This document shows, one piece after another, positions 39,201-52,109 of a DNA stretch of 64,000 bases; positions within the stretch are counted from its first letter, which is position 1, and each line of letters opens with the position of its first letter. Made by a program: the position numbers and the translations under genes. Source of the DNA: the human T2T-CHM13v2.0 reference genome, Homo sapiens; the NCBI RefSeq assembly GCF_009914755.1, contig NC_060933.1. One strand, written 5' to 3'. The notes under the pieces are model-generated. The model was not told the DNA's origin. It saw only the letters and a list, made by a program, of their open reading frames with translations, and made no database searches.

Positions 39201-39360
39201 AGACGCGGGGAGACGCAGGGAGATGCAGGGAGACACAGGGAGACGCAGGGAGATGCGGGGAGACATGGGGAGATGCGGGGAGACGCGGGGAGACACGGGG
39301 AGACATGGGGAGACGCGGGGAGACGCGGGGAGACGCAGGGAGACGCGGGGAGATGCAGGG
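39201..39360. repeat. 10-bp minisatellite, 16 units AGA(CGCG)GGG, FIBCD1 intron 1
   Basis: Exact 10-nt phase with no indels. Confidence 0.95.
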
Positions 39361-40108
39361 AGATGGAGACGGACAGGATGGGAAATAGAAACTGAGGCAG
39401 AAAGACACAAAGACACAAGCAGAATGCCAAGCCTTCCCTCTCGCTGCCCCTGCCACCCACCTCCCCCCATGCCCTGCACAGTGACAGCCCAGGGACCCAC
39501 GGTCACCTGTGTGTGTGGCCGTGTGGCCCCCGTGGAGCCCACACCACCCAGTAAGGGCTGGAGGTGGAGATCCCACCTCTGCAGCCAGACGGGACAGGGC
39601 TCAGGCCTCTAAGCTGCATTTCCCACAGTGTGACCTTGGGCCAGGGGCCTCACCTCTCTGAGCCTCAGTTTCCTCGCCTGTAAAACAGAGCAATATAGAG
39701 ACACCCACCTCTCTATACACTGGTCAGAGAGAGCTGTGATGCAACAGCAGCGATGCTATAGATGGTCTCGTGCTGTCTCTGGGAACGAGTGCCCTGGGGT
39801 AGCGGGCACCCATCACGGAAGGTCCCTTCCAACTGCAGCAGCCACATCCCGTGTTCTGTCCTGCTGTTCTCCAGTCCCCAGGGCACATGGGGGCTCCTAG
39901 GCACCTCCTCCCCGCACCCCACCCCATCCTCTCTCCTTCCTCTATCTCTTCACAGAGCAGGCCCCTGGCAGAGCAAATGCCAACCCGCTGGGCCAGGTAG
40001 CCCTAAGGCCACCCTGGAGAAGAGGCCTGCTGCCCTCCAAGGAGGAGGGGGGCTGAGGCAACAGGTGGCTGTCACTCCAGAACAAGCCATATCTCAAAAC
40101 CAGGAACG

Positions 40109-40421
40109 GGACCCGGCGAGGTAGCTCACGCCTGTAAGCCCAGCACTTGGGAGGCCGAGGCGGGCAGATCACAAGGTCAGGAGATCGAGACCATCCTGGC
40201 CAACAAGGTGAAACCCCATCTCTACTAAAAATACAAAAATTAGCTGGGCATGGTGGCACATGCCTGTAAATCCCAGCTACTCGGGAGGCTGAGGCACGAG
40301 AATTCCTTGAACTTGGGAGGTGGAGGTTACAGTGAGCCAAGACCATGACACTGAACTCTAGCCTGGAGACAGAGCTAGACTCCGTCTCAAAAAAACAAAA
40401 AACAAAAAACAAAAAACAAAA
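40109..40421 (+). mobile_element. Alu (AluSc-like)
   Basis: GGTCAGGAGATCGAGACCATCCTGGCCAAC; (AAAAAAC)n tail. Confidence 0.9.
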
Positions 40422-43400
40422 ACGGAAACGAAGGGCAGGCGCGATAAAAAACTGTGTTGGCCAGAAGCCAGGACCAAGGAACAGCTTGTGGTGAGCGGAG
40501 GTGCCAGAGCGTGGCCGCACACGCTCTCGGAGGCCCAGATTCACTGGGCAGACTCGCTCATGGCCCCTGAGCATTACACACAAGGGAAAACTGAGGCCCA
40601 GAGAGGGCAAGGGGCTCTCCCAGAATCACACTGCAAATAAAAGCAGAACTGGGATTAGGCCCCGAGCCTCCTGCCTTCCTCTCTGGGCCAGGCCCCTCCT
40701 ATGATTGAATTTCCTCAACTCTCAGACACATTTTCCCCACCTTTTCAACTTTCCGAATTTGAGACTTGTCTTGAAATGACTTCGTATATTAAAGCACTTG
40801 GAGCCGTGCCTGGCACGTTGTGCTGGCACAGTAAATATTAGTGGCTTTCATTATCCCATGATCAATGTGCACACAGCATCTGGAGGACATTTTTTTCCAC
40901 CCAAAGTGTTATTTCTGTGTGTCGTCAATGCTGGGACGCATGTTCTCTTTTTTTCACGTTTTAGCATCTCCAACATGGGGGGACATCTTACAATCGTAAT
41001 TGACAGCTTGCTTGCTTTCTTAGTGATACATTGAACAGAGACAGATGCCTCTTACATCATTGTGTCTTACTACCTAGAAGATGAGGCAGAGGAAAGAATC
41101 ATTTTTGTAAATTCAAATTCCACAAGGACCTGCCGGATGACCTACTTGGCACCCGAAGAGGACGGGGTGGAGGGGACATGCGCCTGGACATGCAGACCCC
41201 CGGGAAAGAGATCTGCTTTGTTGTCAGGATGCGGAAGAGAGTTTCTTGGCCTGTCCCTATTGTCATGCGGCTGCCAGGACTCAGTGCTCCACGCCTGCCC
41301 AGTTCTCTTGGGGGCCGCGTCCATTCCGGGCTCCACGCATCAAGACAATTTACTCCAGCCAGACCCAAATGCACAGTTCCCCTCCACCAGCTCTGCACAA
41401 ACTGCTCCCTTGGCCAGCCAGAAGCATCTGCTTCCCCTCCTCCTTTTCCACTGGCCTAATGTATTCTCTTCTTTCAGGGCTCAGCTAGCTGTCACTTCCT
41501 CCAGGAAGCCTTCCTTGACTGTTTCTACTCCACTCCCCCCAGCTTGGAGGGGCTCCTCCTCTGTGCTCCCCCCATTAGGGTGCTTACAAGACAGATTGTT
41601 GTGGCCTTTGACTTCTTTTACTCACTCATTCATTCAACTGCCTCTGTGCCAGGGCCGCTAACTGGGCCGTTCTATGATTTCCTTCCCTGCCTAAAGTATG
41701 GCTGGGTTTGATATACAAAGCTCTGTGTCAGCAGCCAAGTCCCTGTCATGCACTCTTCTGGAGCCCGTCGGGAGACACCTTGCCCCGAGCAGCTCAGGGC
41801 TGCATCATCAGACTGTGTAGCATTAAGGTCCCCTGGCGGGCGAGGCTGGGGCTGGCGTGGCAGAGAGGTCATCCGTCTCCCCTCTGCAACTCCCACACCC
41901 CTGCCCTATCTTGCACCCTCCTCCCACCCAAGCCCCTCCCTGGTGGGAAGGCAGAGGGCACCGAAATGGGGAGGGGCTCGAGGAAGCCGCAGAGGGTCCC
42001 CTAGAGGCAGGGGGACAGCGGAGCTTGGAGATGAAACAGGGCACTCAGCAGAGGAGAATTAGTCTTCAGAGATCACCTTAAAGATGAAGTACTGTTCGCT
42101 TTTATGGGCTGCCGTTTACGTGCCTTGCGAAGAAATCTGCCCGAGATAAGAAGGGGGGCTCTGGGCGCTGAGCAGCCCAACTGGTATGCCTGAGGCTGGA
42201 GCTGATTCATCCGTCCTGGTGTGGCTGAGCTGGGTGCACTCCCTGGGGGCTGCGGAATGGGGAGGATGCACACAGAGCCCCCAGCTCCCAAGACAGGGCA
42301 TCTCGGGCAAGTGAGCAGGAGAGAGACCGGGGCCTGAGCCGGGAGCCCTGGGTTCAAAGCCCACTTCTGCCACTGACCACTCGCATGAGCTTCCAGCTGG
42401 AGGGACCCAGCTTGGTTCCTCGAGTGACCCCCAGTGCCCACCCAGGGTTCACGGCTGCCTACGAAGCCTTGGCCAAAAGGAGGATAAAGCTCATGCCAGC
42501 AGGGCGGCAGGCAGCCCCCGGTGGTGTCTCAGTTACAGGGTGACCTCTGTCCAGGCTACCTTCTCTGAGACCCCAGCCTTGGGGGTTCTGGGGAAGCGGC
42601 GGGCGGGTGGGGGGGGGGCGGCTCAGGAGGAAGGGATTTGATGCCAAGGCGCTCTGCTAAGCTGGCACACCTCCCTTCCTCCTCACTTCCTAAGAGAGCT
42701 GGCTGGCAGGAGTCCCCTGGGGAGACTGGGACCACACTCCACAGATGAAAGGAGGAAGAAGAAAGTTTCCCTCCGGGGGAGGCCAGGCCAGGTTAGACCC
42801 AGGTGAGTGCCCCTCCTGCCGCCCACCCCCATCTCCTAAGAGCACCCAGCCCAACGCAGGCAGCTGTTCTGCATGACAAAAACACATCCTGGGGCTTTGC
42901 ACTGGGAAATGGAAAGCTGAAGGTGGCGGGGTCCTGTGGGCTCTGGATCCAGCAGAGGCTTGCACAGAGCCTGGGCAGGGGGCTTATGGGCTCTGTGGGT
43001 TGAGGGGACTGGGCCCTGCCTCAGGCCAGAGCCTCAGGGGAATTCCTCCTGTCTCCCCAGGAGCCCACTCTGCTCCCGGCTGGCACATGGCTGGGCACAT
43101 GGCTCCCAGTAAGGGCTGAACTCTGAGCCCTGGCCCTGGCAGAGGGAGGGTCCCAGAGACTCCCCTGGGGGTGAAGGGTTGGTGGCTCTGCTCACCATTC
43201 TGGGGTCCCAAAGACTTAGGAAGGGGGTCTGCAGGCTTGTTCTGTGAGATCTGAGCGGGAACCGCCATACCGCTGGGGACCCTTCAGCAGAACCCTGCCG
43301 AGGGCCATCTGGCGTCTCAGGCCACAGGGAGGGGCGCAGGAGGGGCTGAAGGTGTCCAAGGGGACAAGAGCGCCCCACAGAGCTCCCGGCCTCTGCCCCT

Positions 43401-45853
43401 CCGGGAGGTTCCAAGCCCCCCAGCTGTCTCACTTCCTGGGAGCATTTGCTCTGAACCACGGAGGGGGCTTCTCCAGATGTTTCCTATAAGGGTCTTGCCC
43501 ACCCTCCCCGCGACATACAGCTCTGGCCTCCCAGAGGGCCCACTGGGGCCTCAAGCCCACTGAGGCCCAAACCAGCGTCTCTCCACCCCAAACCTGAGCC
43601 CTCCTATTTTTCACTCGGGGATGGCACCAACCCTACCTGTTGCCCCCACAAAGCTGGCACCTCCTCAGGTCTCCCTCCCTCACCCAACATCTGGATAGTC
43701 ACCTGCTCCTGTCCATTCTACCTCCTCAGCCACACCACTCCCCAGCTAAACAGTGAGCTCAGAAGGAGGGGCTTGGGAAACCCCAAGCCTAGCACAGTGA
43801 CCTCAACCCAAACCCCAGGGAACAAGAAGAAAGAGGCATGGATCTTCCAGAACCCATGATGGTTTGCAATCGCCCCGACCTGTGAGTTTGTTCCCCCCGT
43901 GAGACTCTAAGCTCCCTGAGGCACAGACTGTATCCACCAGACTATACCTCCTAGCATTAGGTAGGGCCTCCCTAAATAGTCACTGAGTAAATTTAATGCA
44001 GCAGGGATTTAGGTTAGACATCAGGAAGAACTTCCCAAAGAGATTTTCTTTCTTCCTTTCTGAAATGTTCTTAGAAATTTTGAAAGCGTCAAGAGATCTT
44101 GCCTGGGATGGGTTGGAAGTTGACCTCCCTGTAGGGTGGCTTGGAGACAGCTCAGAAACAAGCCCCTCTGACCAGAGGAAACGGTTGCAGAGTGACTTCC
44201 TGCCCCAAGCTCCAAGACCAGAAGAATCATGTCTATTTCTAGATCCTTTCATCTGACAAACTCCAAACTCCTGGCAAATACCGTTTCACCCTGCCCCAAG
44301 GGCGTGAGAGGCTCCTCCTTCTGTAGGGAGAGGGAGGACGCGTTAACAAAGTCCAAATCGGCAACTTGTCCAAGGTCGCCCGACAAAGAGTAGCTGAGGC
44401 TGGATAGGGCTGGGACAGATGGGGCCCAAGGCGTTTCCCAGAAATGGCTGCACTTGGACAAAGGTCCTTCAGGACCTCCGGACCTGGGCTATACCCACTC
44501 ACAGCGGGTGATTTCGGTACCCTGAGAACCACACAGCCTGGACACTGCAGTCCCAACTGGGGCTGAGTGGGCTGAACCAAGAAAGGGCGGCCAGCCACCC
44601 CTTAGGCACTTGTCTGCTGTCCAAGAAGACCCAGGTTTGAGTCCCAGCTCCAGCTCTTAGTCTCAGTTTCCTCATCTGTCAAATGGGTTCATCACTCCTG
44701 CCACCAAGCTCCTAGGGTGGCTGTGACTAAGAAATGAGTCTTAGTCGTGGCCTGTGACCTACTGGTGCTTGGAGTGCGGCGTCAGCGTTATGCTCCCAGA
44801 GGAAAATCCCCGTTAAAGAACCTCGGCCAGGCCCCGTTTGTAGGAACCAGATGTTCAGATGGCGTTTCCTGGGGGGCAGAGAGGAGACCGGGACACAGCC
44901 AGCCTGTGGAAGGGACAGGCTGCTGCGAGAGGCATCCTCCTCATGAGTACACAGTGCTTTGCAGTTTGCAAAACACACCAGTATGTCACGTGGCCCCCAT
45001 AACAGCCCTTGTGAAATGAGGAGGAAGCGAAGATTGCTGTTCCCACTTTACAGATGGTGAAGCCCAGGCCCAGAGAGGAGGAGTAACTTACCCAGGGCCA
45101 CACAGCATGTCAGTGGGTGAGACAAACCTGGCCACAAGGGAGGAGAGAAGGCTGGCCCAGGAGAGGGCAGGCCCAAGGGAACCAGGGCAAGCAGTGTTCT
45201 CTCTTTCTTCTGACAGTGGCCACAGGAAAGGCCTTGCCTCTTGTCTGAAGCTTCAAACAAGCCCAGAGCTGGCACAGGGAACAGCCTGTCTACATGCTGG
45301 GTCACCAAACGGGCGGGGAGGGGAAGCGGGTGCTTGCTATTGGCCCAGGCTCTTGGAGCAACAGCCCTCGAGCTTCCTCCAATGCCAAGGGGCAGACAGC
45401 TGGGCTGTGTGGGGGCTGAAAGCTGTGCCCCCAGGGAGCAGCAGAGGAAGGCGGGGCCCGGCCTGGAGGCCTTGAAGCCACATTTCAAACACATTCCCCA
45501 GAAGGCACCTCCCCTTGAGACAGACCAGTGCCTGCTGGCCGTCTCCTGAGGCTCTTCCTGGCCGAAGCGTCATGCAGTGCCATTCAGCAAACGCTCTCAA
45601 TGCCTGACCTGAGCTGCCTGGAAAGAATGGAGCTTGGGCCCAGGGAGAGATGCAGAGATGGGCTCCAGAGGAGGGTGTGTCCAAAGGGATCTCCTGATGC
45701 AGGAGGGGCCCAGGACAAGGCAGCTGAGTGGCACAGGCTAAACACTACTAGAACTTAGAGACATAGCCACAGGGCATCAGGAAGTCTTCCTGGAGGAGGT
45801 GGCAGCATTTGAGCTTGATTTTGAGTATATGTAGGGTGTCCCTGAGTGAAGGG

Positions 45854-45872
45854 GTGTGTGTGTGTGTGTGTG
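45854..45872. repeat. (GT)n microsatellite
   Basis: Directly visible. Confidence 0.85.
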
Positions 45873-47099
45873 TTTGTGTAAGGCTGGGGAAGCAAACAAG
45901 ATGACACAGAAAAGATCTGGAAATGGAGCGGCGTGGTGTGGGGCCCAGGGTTGGCAAATAACAAACAGTCACTGCCTGTAAGGGACCAATGGGAAGGCAC
46001 AGTATGCCAGGTTAGGGATGGCCTTGGAGGACAGGTCTAGAAGTTAAGACAGTTCTTGCTAAGGGGGAGAAGTCAGATCTCAGCAGGAGGGGACTTGTTA
46101 TTTTGGGGTGGCTTAGGTGCAGACCTGACCTAAAAGAGGGGCGCGACCACCCCGGAGAAGCAGTGGGATAGGTGTGTGGTTAGACCAGAGTTTGAATCCC
46201 CACTCTCTTGCCAACGTGCTGTGTGACTTGGGCATGTTCCGAACCTCTCTGATCCCTGGTCTGTGATGTGGGAACGCACTGGCCCCCAGCCTGTTTGGAG
46301 AAGTGAGGTAGTGCCGATGAATGGGAAGGGGCTTTGCAAACCGCAGAGGGCTGGGCCCTTGTGCCACGGCAGTGTCACACCAGGAAGAATGAGCAGGTTG
46401 CAGCTCCTGAGAGGAAGGGACCACCAAGGGCTGCCCGTGCCGCCCCCTCCTGCAGCTGCAAGCACGAACTGTTCCTTCCCCAATGACATCTGTCTGGAAG
46501 AAATTTAAAATTTAAAATGGGCAGCCCTATTCTCTCCTCTCCTTGGTGAGCGAGCGGCCTCCTCGTTTTCGCCTGCCTGCCCCAGTCCCTTGGCAGCCCA
46601 GCCTGGGGCAGCCCTGGGGCTCCCCTCCGCCTTGGCTTCGGGACTCCAGCCCCCTTGCTGGCCAGCCCAGGTGTTCTGCCCTCACCCGCTTCCACCGCAC
46701 AGCCCTGGGCACCCTCCAAGCCCCACCTCCACTGCCCCTGAAGAGGCAGCAGGAAGGGAGGAATGAGTCAGCCCTGGAGCACACAGACAAGGGTTCAAAT
46801 CCCGACAGAGCTGCGTGGCCTCAGGCAGGAGCCAACCATCTCTGAGCCCTGCTTTCCTTGTCTTAAAGTCAGAAAATCACAATACCCAGCGTTCCTGCAG
46901 GAGATGAATCTTTATTGATCCCCTACTGTATGCAGGGCCCTGGCTAAAGGGAAGGATGCAGAGGAGATTCAGGGGGTCAGGTTCAGGACCAGGTGCCTGG
47001 CACAGGGTAGCGCCCAGAGTGGAGATTCTGTGGGTAGTTAAGATGCCCATTGTAGAGGTGAGGAAACGGAGACTCAGCAACGGGGCTGATTTGTCTGTG

Positions 47100-49270
47100 G
47101 ACACACAGCGAACTGTAAGTCCCCGCCTCCCTCTGCACCCGCGTGCACCAGGGGGCTGCTGGGGGTGCGGGGACGCGGGAGACCTGGCCCGCAGCGCGCG
47201 TGGCTCCTGCAGGGGTGCCGCCCCCACCGAACCTCGAGTTCAAGCCTCGGCTCGGGGAGGAGGAGAGGAGGGTCCCCATCCCGGCCCGGGCCTCCGGAGC
47301 CTCGAAGGGGTGCGCCCCAAACTCCAGCCCCCGCAATGGGTGCTCGCCCCGCCGGCCCGAGCGGCCACCGCCTGGCCAGCCGCCCAGGCCCCGTGTCCCA
47401 GCGCCCGAGCGTACCTGCGGCTTGTCGCGCGGCCGGTCCTCAAGTTGGGCAGCGCCGCCCATGGTCTTCCACCGGTCGTTGACCATCTTCCGGCAGGACT
47501 GGCGGGGGCGCCGGGCGAGGCGCGCCGCTGCGGAGCGCAAAGGAGACGGGGTGGGCGCGGGCGCGGGCGCGGGGCGCGCTCTGTCCGCCGGGTCCCCGCC
47601 TCTGTGCCCCGCGCCGGGGCGGCCCGGGAGCGGGCGGGCGTGTGAGGATGAGCGCGCCGCTGTGTGCGGGCGGGAGCAGGAGCGGGAGCGCGAAAGCCGC
47701 CAGCCCAACGCCCGCCGCTCGCGCTGCGCGCCGTCCCCGCTCCCGGCTCCGGCGCCTCCCCGGCGCGCTCCTCTCTCTCCTCCCTCGTCCCTCCTCCCTC
47801 CTTCTCAATCTCCGCATCTTTTCTGGTCTCGGACTCTCTTTGCTTTTTATTGCTCCCCTCGGCCTCCCCCGACACACTCACACACACGCGCGCGCTCACA
47901 CCCGCGGACTTGGATACTAAACTCCGCCTCCGAAAAGACCTAGGGAAAGGAGGCCGAACTGGCCCCCAGATAACGCGGCCGGCCGGAGGGCAGCAAACAG
48001 CCGCGGGCGGCCCGGCTCCTGCTGGCTCCCGGAGGGGCCTGAGAGCCCCCCGGCGGCGCCTCTGCACAAACTTCCTCCCGGACCGGACTCACACAAGTCA
48101 CCATGCGCGGGGCGGGCCCCGAGGGCGCCCCCGCCGGCCGGTTCGGCGTCTCCGGGGAGTGGCGCGGCGCTCCTTCCGGCTCCCTCCCGGCTCAGGACGC
48201 AGGGCTCGCCCCAAGACCCAGGCTGCGCCGGGGGCAGTTTCGGTGGGGTGCGCCCCCTGCGGGCCCCCGAGGTCTGGGTCCAGGTCCCGGGGCAAGTGCG
48301 CCCAGCTGTGGGGTCTCCAGCCCCCGGGGACCTCCCTGCGCCGGACCCCGACGCGTGAGCCTGGCCGGTGGGCGTCCCAGTCCGCGTCCGCAGACCCGTG
48401 CCCTCGCGCCCGCGGTCGGAAAGCCCACACGACGCCCCCTTGCCCGGGCGGCCCGTGGGCGAAATGGGGGTCCCCACCACTGCCACAGCCGCCGGCGCTG
48501 TGGTCGCGAGTACCAGCCGCTCCGCGCTCGGCCGCGCTCCCGGCCGATCGCCCGCGCTCCCCGGCGCGCCCCGCGTGGTCCCAGCCCCCGCCTTCTCCTC
48601 CGCCGGGAGGGGATTTGTGCCAGGAGGGGGCTTCTTAGTTGCCCCTTCCCACCAGCAGCACTTTTAAAAGCATTTAATCCGCCCGGAGCGGCCTTCGGAG
48701 GTAATTGACAAAGTCCTTAATCTGCGCGGCGAACGAGCTGCTATTGTGGCTTCTGACCGGGAGGCGCCCACACTGCCCGACGCCGCGCTCCCCTCCCGCC
48801 GCCCCGCCGAGCCCGCCGGCCGCCCCTCCTCCGCCCCTTTCTGCGTCCCCATCTTTTTCTGCTCCCCCAGCTCCAGACAGACCCCCGTTCCCCGCCCCCG
48901 CTTCTCCCCAAAGCTGTTTTCCGGCTCCCGGGGCGCCTTGGCCGCCGCGCTGTTCCCTGGCACCGTCTCCGTCTCTCCCCCACTGGCTGCCAGTCTGTCG
49001 CCCCATCTTCGTCCCTCTCCCGATCCCTCTACGCGTCCGGCACTGGCGGGGCAGACTGGTTGGGGGTGGGGGCCGCGTCCAGCCTGGGCTGGGGCACTCC
49101 CTGGACCCCGGAGCGGGGGACCCTGTGGCCCGGTGCCATCCGAGGAGACTGCCACCCGCCAGGCGCTGGGTTCACAAACCACCGGCTGTTTGTCCCCAGC
49201 CGCCTTTTCCTTCCAGGACAACCGCTGGCCTCACCTACGGCCCGATCCCGGCTTCCCGGACTGAGGCTGC
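47100..49270. promoter_or_regulatory. FIBCD1: CpG island / FIBCD1 promoter and 5' exon(s)
   Basis: Very high GC and CpG density with GC boxes (GGGCGG/CCGCCC), spanning the FIBCD1 start codon. Confidence 0.9.
47415..47486 (-). CDS. FIBCD1: FIBCD1 coding exon 1 (72 nt; cytoplasmic tail MVNDRWKTMGGAAQLEDRPRDKPQ)
   Basis: ATG at 47486 in good Kozak context (AAGATGG); donor CAG|GTACGC; inside the CpG island. Confidence 0.96.
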
Positions 49271-50131
49271 CCGGGAGTTGGAGAGGATCCCACAGCAATG
49301 GCTGGGAGTCAGGAGACCCAGGTTCCAATTCTGGCCTCTGGCCCTTTCTGGCCCCTCGGCCTTTCCTATGAATTAAGAGGGTCAGCAGGTGATCTAGAGG
49401 GCCCTCAGACTTGGGAAGAAGGATGTGGTGGAGGGCACAGGGCCCTGGCTGTGTGGCTGAGGGCAAGCAACATACCTCTCCGAGCCTCAGTTTCCCCATG
49501 TAAGCCAAAGGGTTGACTGCACACGCTTCAGAAGGGCTCTGCCACAGTGCATCACAGCACCTGAGCAGGGCAAGGCTCAGATGTTCCTGCTGTGACCTTG
49601 GGCAGATTCCACGTCATCCCCAAGCCTCAGTTTCCTCGTAAACAAGGACTTGCCTATTGGTGGGGAGTGGCGAGGTTTGCAGGCCCTTGTGCAGTTACAG
49701 GCACAAAGCGGGCAGGTGGCGGAAATGCAAGGCTCTGACTCCACAGTTTGGCGAGAGGATGTAAACTCCAGACGCATTTGTGCACAGATGAAAGATCACC
49801 CTGGGGGGTGGAGCGGGGGTGGGGGGCTGAACTGAGAACCCACGGGAGGGGTGCTAAGGACCAACGGAGGAGGTCTTGGAGATGTGCTCAGAGTAGTCAG
49901 GGAGGCATCCTGGGATGGAGGGGTGTGAGCCCGCCCCCAAGGCCCATGAAGGCAGCATCCAGAAGTCTGGGTGCTGAAGGAAAGGCATTTCCAATGGCGG
50001 GGCCGCAGAAGGGAAGGCGGAGCTAGGGGAGTGACCCGGGCGTACCTGGGCAGGTGCAAACCGGAGGACCGGAGGACGCTCTGGAGGATCGCCTCCCGGG
50101 CCTGCAGAAGCGCGGTTGGACAGGTGAGCGG

Positions 50132-50147
50132 GGGCCACCTAGCGGCT
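50132..50147 (-). promoter_or_regulatory. Candidate CTCF site
   Basis: Minus strand AGCCGCTAGGTGGCCC closely matches the CTCF core CC(A/G)C(C/T)AG(G/A)(G/T)GGC; motif match only. Confidence 0.5.
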
Positions 50148-51324
50148 CCTGCTGGGAGTGTTGGAGGAGGTTGGAGGTTGAATCATCTCACCTGCTCAGC
50201 CACAGGTTCAGCCTGCGGGAGTGCCTTACGTGTGTGTCTTCGGGAGCGGGCCTCACTCTGTCACCCCCTCTGTGCTGACGCCTCTGCTCAACACCCCAGG
50301 AGAAGGGTCAGCCGTGATGCAGGACTGGCATGAGCCTGCAGGCGTCTGCTCAGCGCTTTACACACTGCACTCAGCAGACACACTTAGGACATCGTTCTGG
50401 AAGAAGGGAGGGCCGCCCCCATTCACTGGAGCCTCCGAATTGGTGGAGAGGAATAAAATGGAAGTGGATCCCAGAAGCCAGTGCTGACCCACAGCCAAGA
50501 TCTGTGCGAGAGAAAGGGCAGCCGACCCCACAGAGCAGACAGGCCCTCCACCCTCGGATTTCCCTTTGACAAGGCTGATGACCACAGAGCACTGGGGGCG
50601 AGCTGGGCTGTGCTCAGCAGGTGGGACAGGACAGAATCAGGGCTTTCCAGCCAGCCCAAGACTGAGCATTCCTTGTCAGGGACGAGCCAGCACCTCAGGG
50701 TGCCAGAACACAGGACCGGGAGGCTGCATGGTATTAGACTCGAGGTTGCCTGGTAACTTGTTCACTCTCTGCGCATCCCCTCACCTTCCTCTTTCTGGCT
50801 CACCAATTCTGCCTGTTCCTACTTTGCCTTTCCAAGGCCACCTGGATATGATGGCCCCACCAATGGGCAACTCCTATCTAGGACTGAACCAGGCATATCA
50901 ATCATAAGTGGCAGATGGCCAAAGACAGCTGTCCTTGGTCAGGTACCAACCCATCAGACCTTGGTCAGGTCCAATGTGGGGGCATGGCTGCTGGGGCCCT
51001 AATGCAGGACCCCTCCCTTAGCAGGGAGTGGGTGCAGGGCAGGCAGTACGGCGACATGGGAGGGGTGGAAAAATAGTCCATGGGGAGACAAGGAAGAGCA
51101 GCAAGGGACATAGGGGGACAACATTCAGGGTGCCAGCCGTGACCAACAGCCACCTGTTGGAAGCACCCTCACGCTCAGCGCTGTGCTGGGCACCTCATAT
51201 CTTCCCAGCCCCCTAATAAGTGAATACTATTGTCCCCACTTTGTGGATGAGGAAACTGATTCAGAAAGGTAAATTACATGACCTGGGTAATTGTGTAATT
51301 AATAAGATGATACGATCAATATGG

Positions 51325-51615
51325 GGCCAGGCACAGTGGCTCACACCTGTAACTCCAGCACTTTGGGAGACCGAGGCAGGTAGATCATCTGAGATCAGGA
51401 GTTCGAGACCAGCTTGGCCAACATGGTGATACCCCATCCCTACTAAAAATACAAAATTAGCAGGTGTGGTGGTGCACTCCTGTAATCCCAGCTACTCCGG
51501 AGGCTGAGGCAGGAGAATCACTTAGAACCTGGGAGGCAGATGTTGCAGTGAGCCGAGATCGTGCCACTGCACTCCAGCCTTGGCGACAGAGTGAGACTGT
51601 CTCAAAAAAAAAAAA
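51325..51615 (+). mobile_element. Alu (AluS-type)
   Basis: Full dimer; TSD ATCAATATGG. Confidence 0.92.
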
Positions 51616-51816
51616 TCAATATGGAATTACCATTTACCAAACATTTCCATGTGCTGGATACAGCAATACCATTAACAATACCATCTTATTTCAAGTAATC
51701 CTCACCCAAGACCTGTAAGTGTTATTAATAGCCTCATTTTCTAGATGAGGCAACAGAAGCTCAGAGAGGTTAAGTAACTCAATCAAGACCACACAGCCAT
51801 TGGTGGGGCAGAATTT

Positions 51817-52109
51817 TTTTTTTTTTTTAACACGGAGTCTCGATCTGTCGCCAGGCTGGAGTGCAGTGACGCAATCTCGGCTCACTGGCTCTCTGCAACC
51901 TCTCGGGTTCAAGCGATTCTCCTGCCTCAGCCGCCCAAGTAGCTAGGACTACAGGCACACGCCACTACGCCCAGCTAATTTTTGTATTTTTAGTAGAGAC
52001 AGGGTTTCACCATGTTGGCCAGGATGGTCTCGATCTCTTGACCTCATGAATTGCCCACCTCAGCCTCCCAAAGTGCTGGGATTATAGGCATGAGCCACTG
52101 CGCCTGGCC
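51817..52109 (-). mobile_element. Alu (AluSc-like) inserted into a MIR, 15-bp TSD
   Basis: TSD GGTGGGGCAGAATTT at 51802-51816 and 52110-52124; MIR core CATTTTCTAGATGAGG...AGAGAGGTTAAGTAACT upstream continues as ATTTGAACCC downstream. Confidence 0.93.

Noticed and set aside
40700-41000. Two short related AT-rich segments resembling a Tigger-type DNA transposon relic
   Set aside because: Too diverged to assign a family or boundaries by eye
47143-49376. Multiple 200-320 aa Arg/Pro/Gly-rich ORFs on both strands
   Set aside because: Expected stop-codon depletion in a CpG island; low complexity
50925-50945. REST/NRSE-like ACCAAGGACAGCT on the minus strand
   Set aside because: Only the right half-site matches; the TCAGC half is missing
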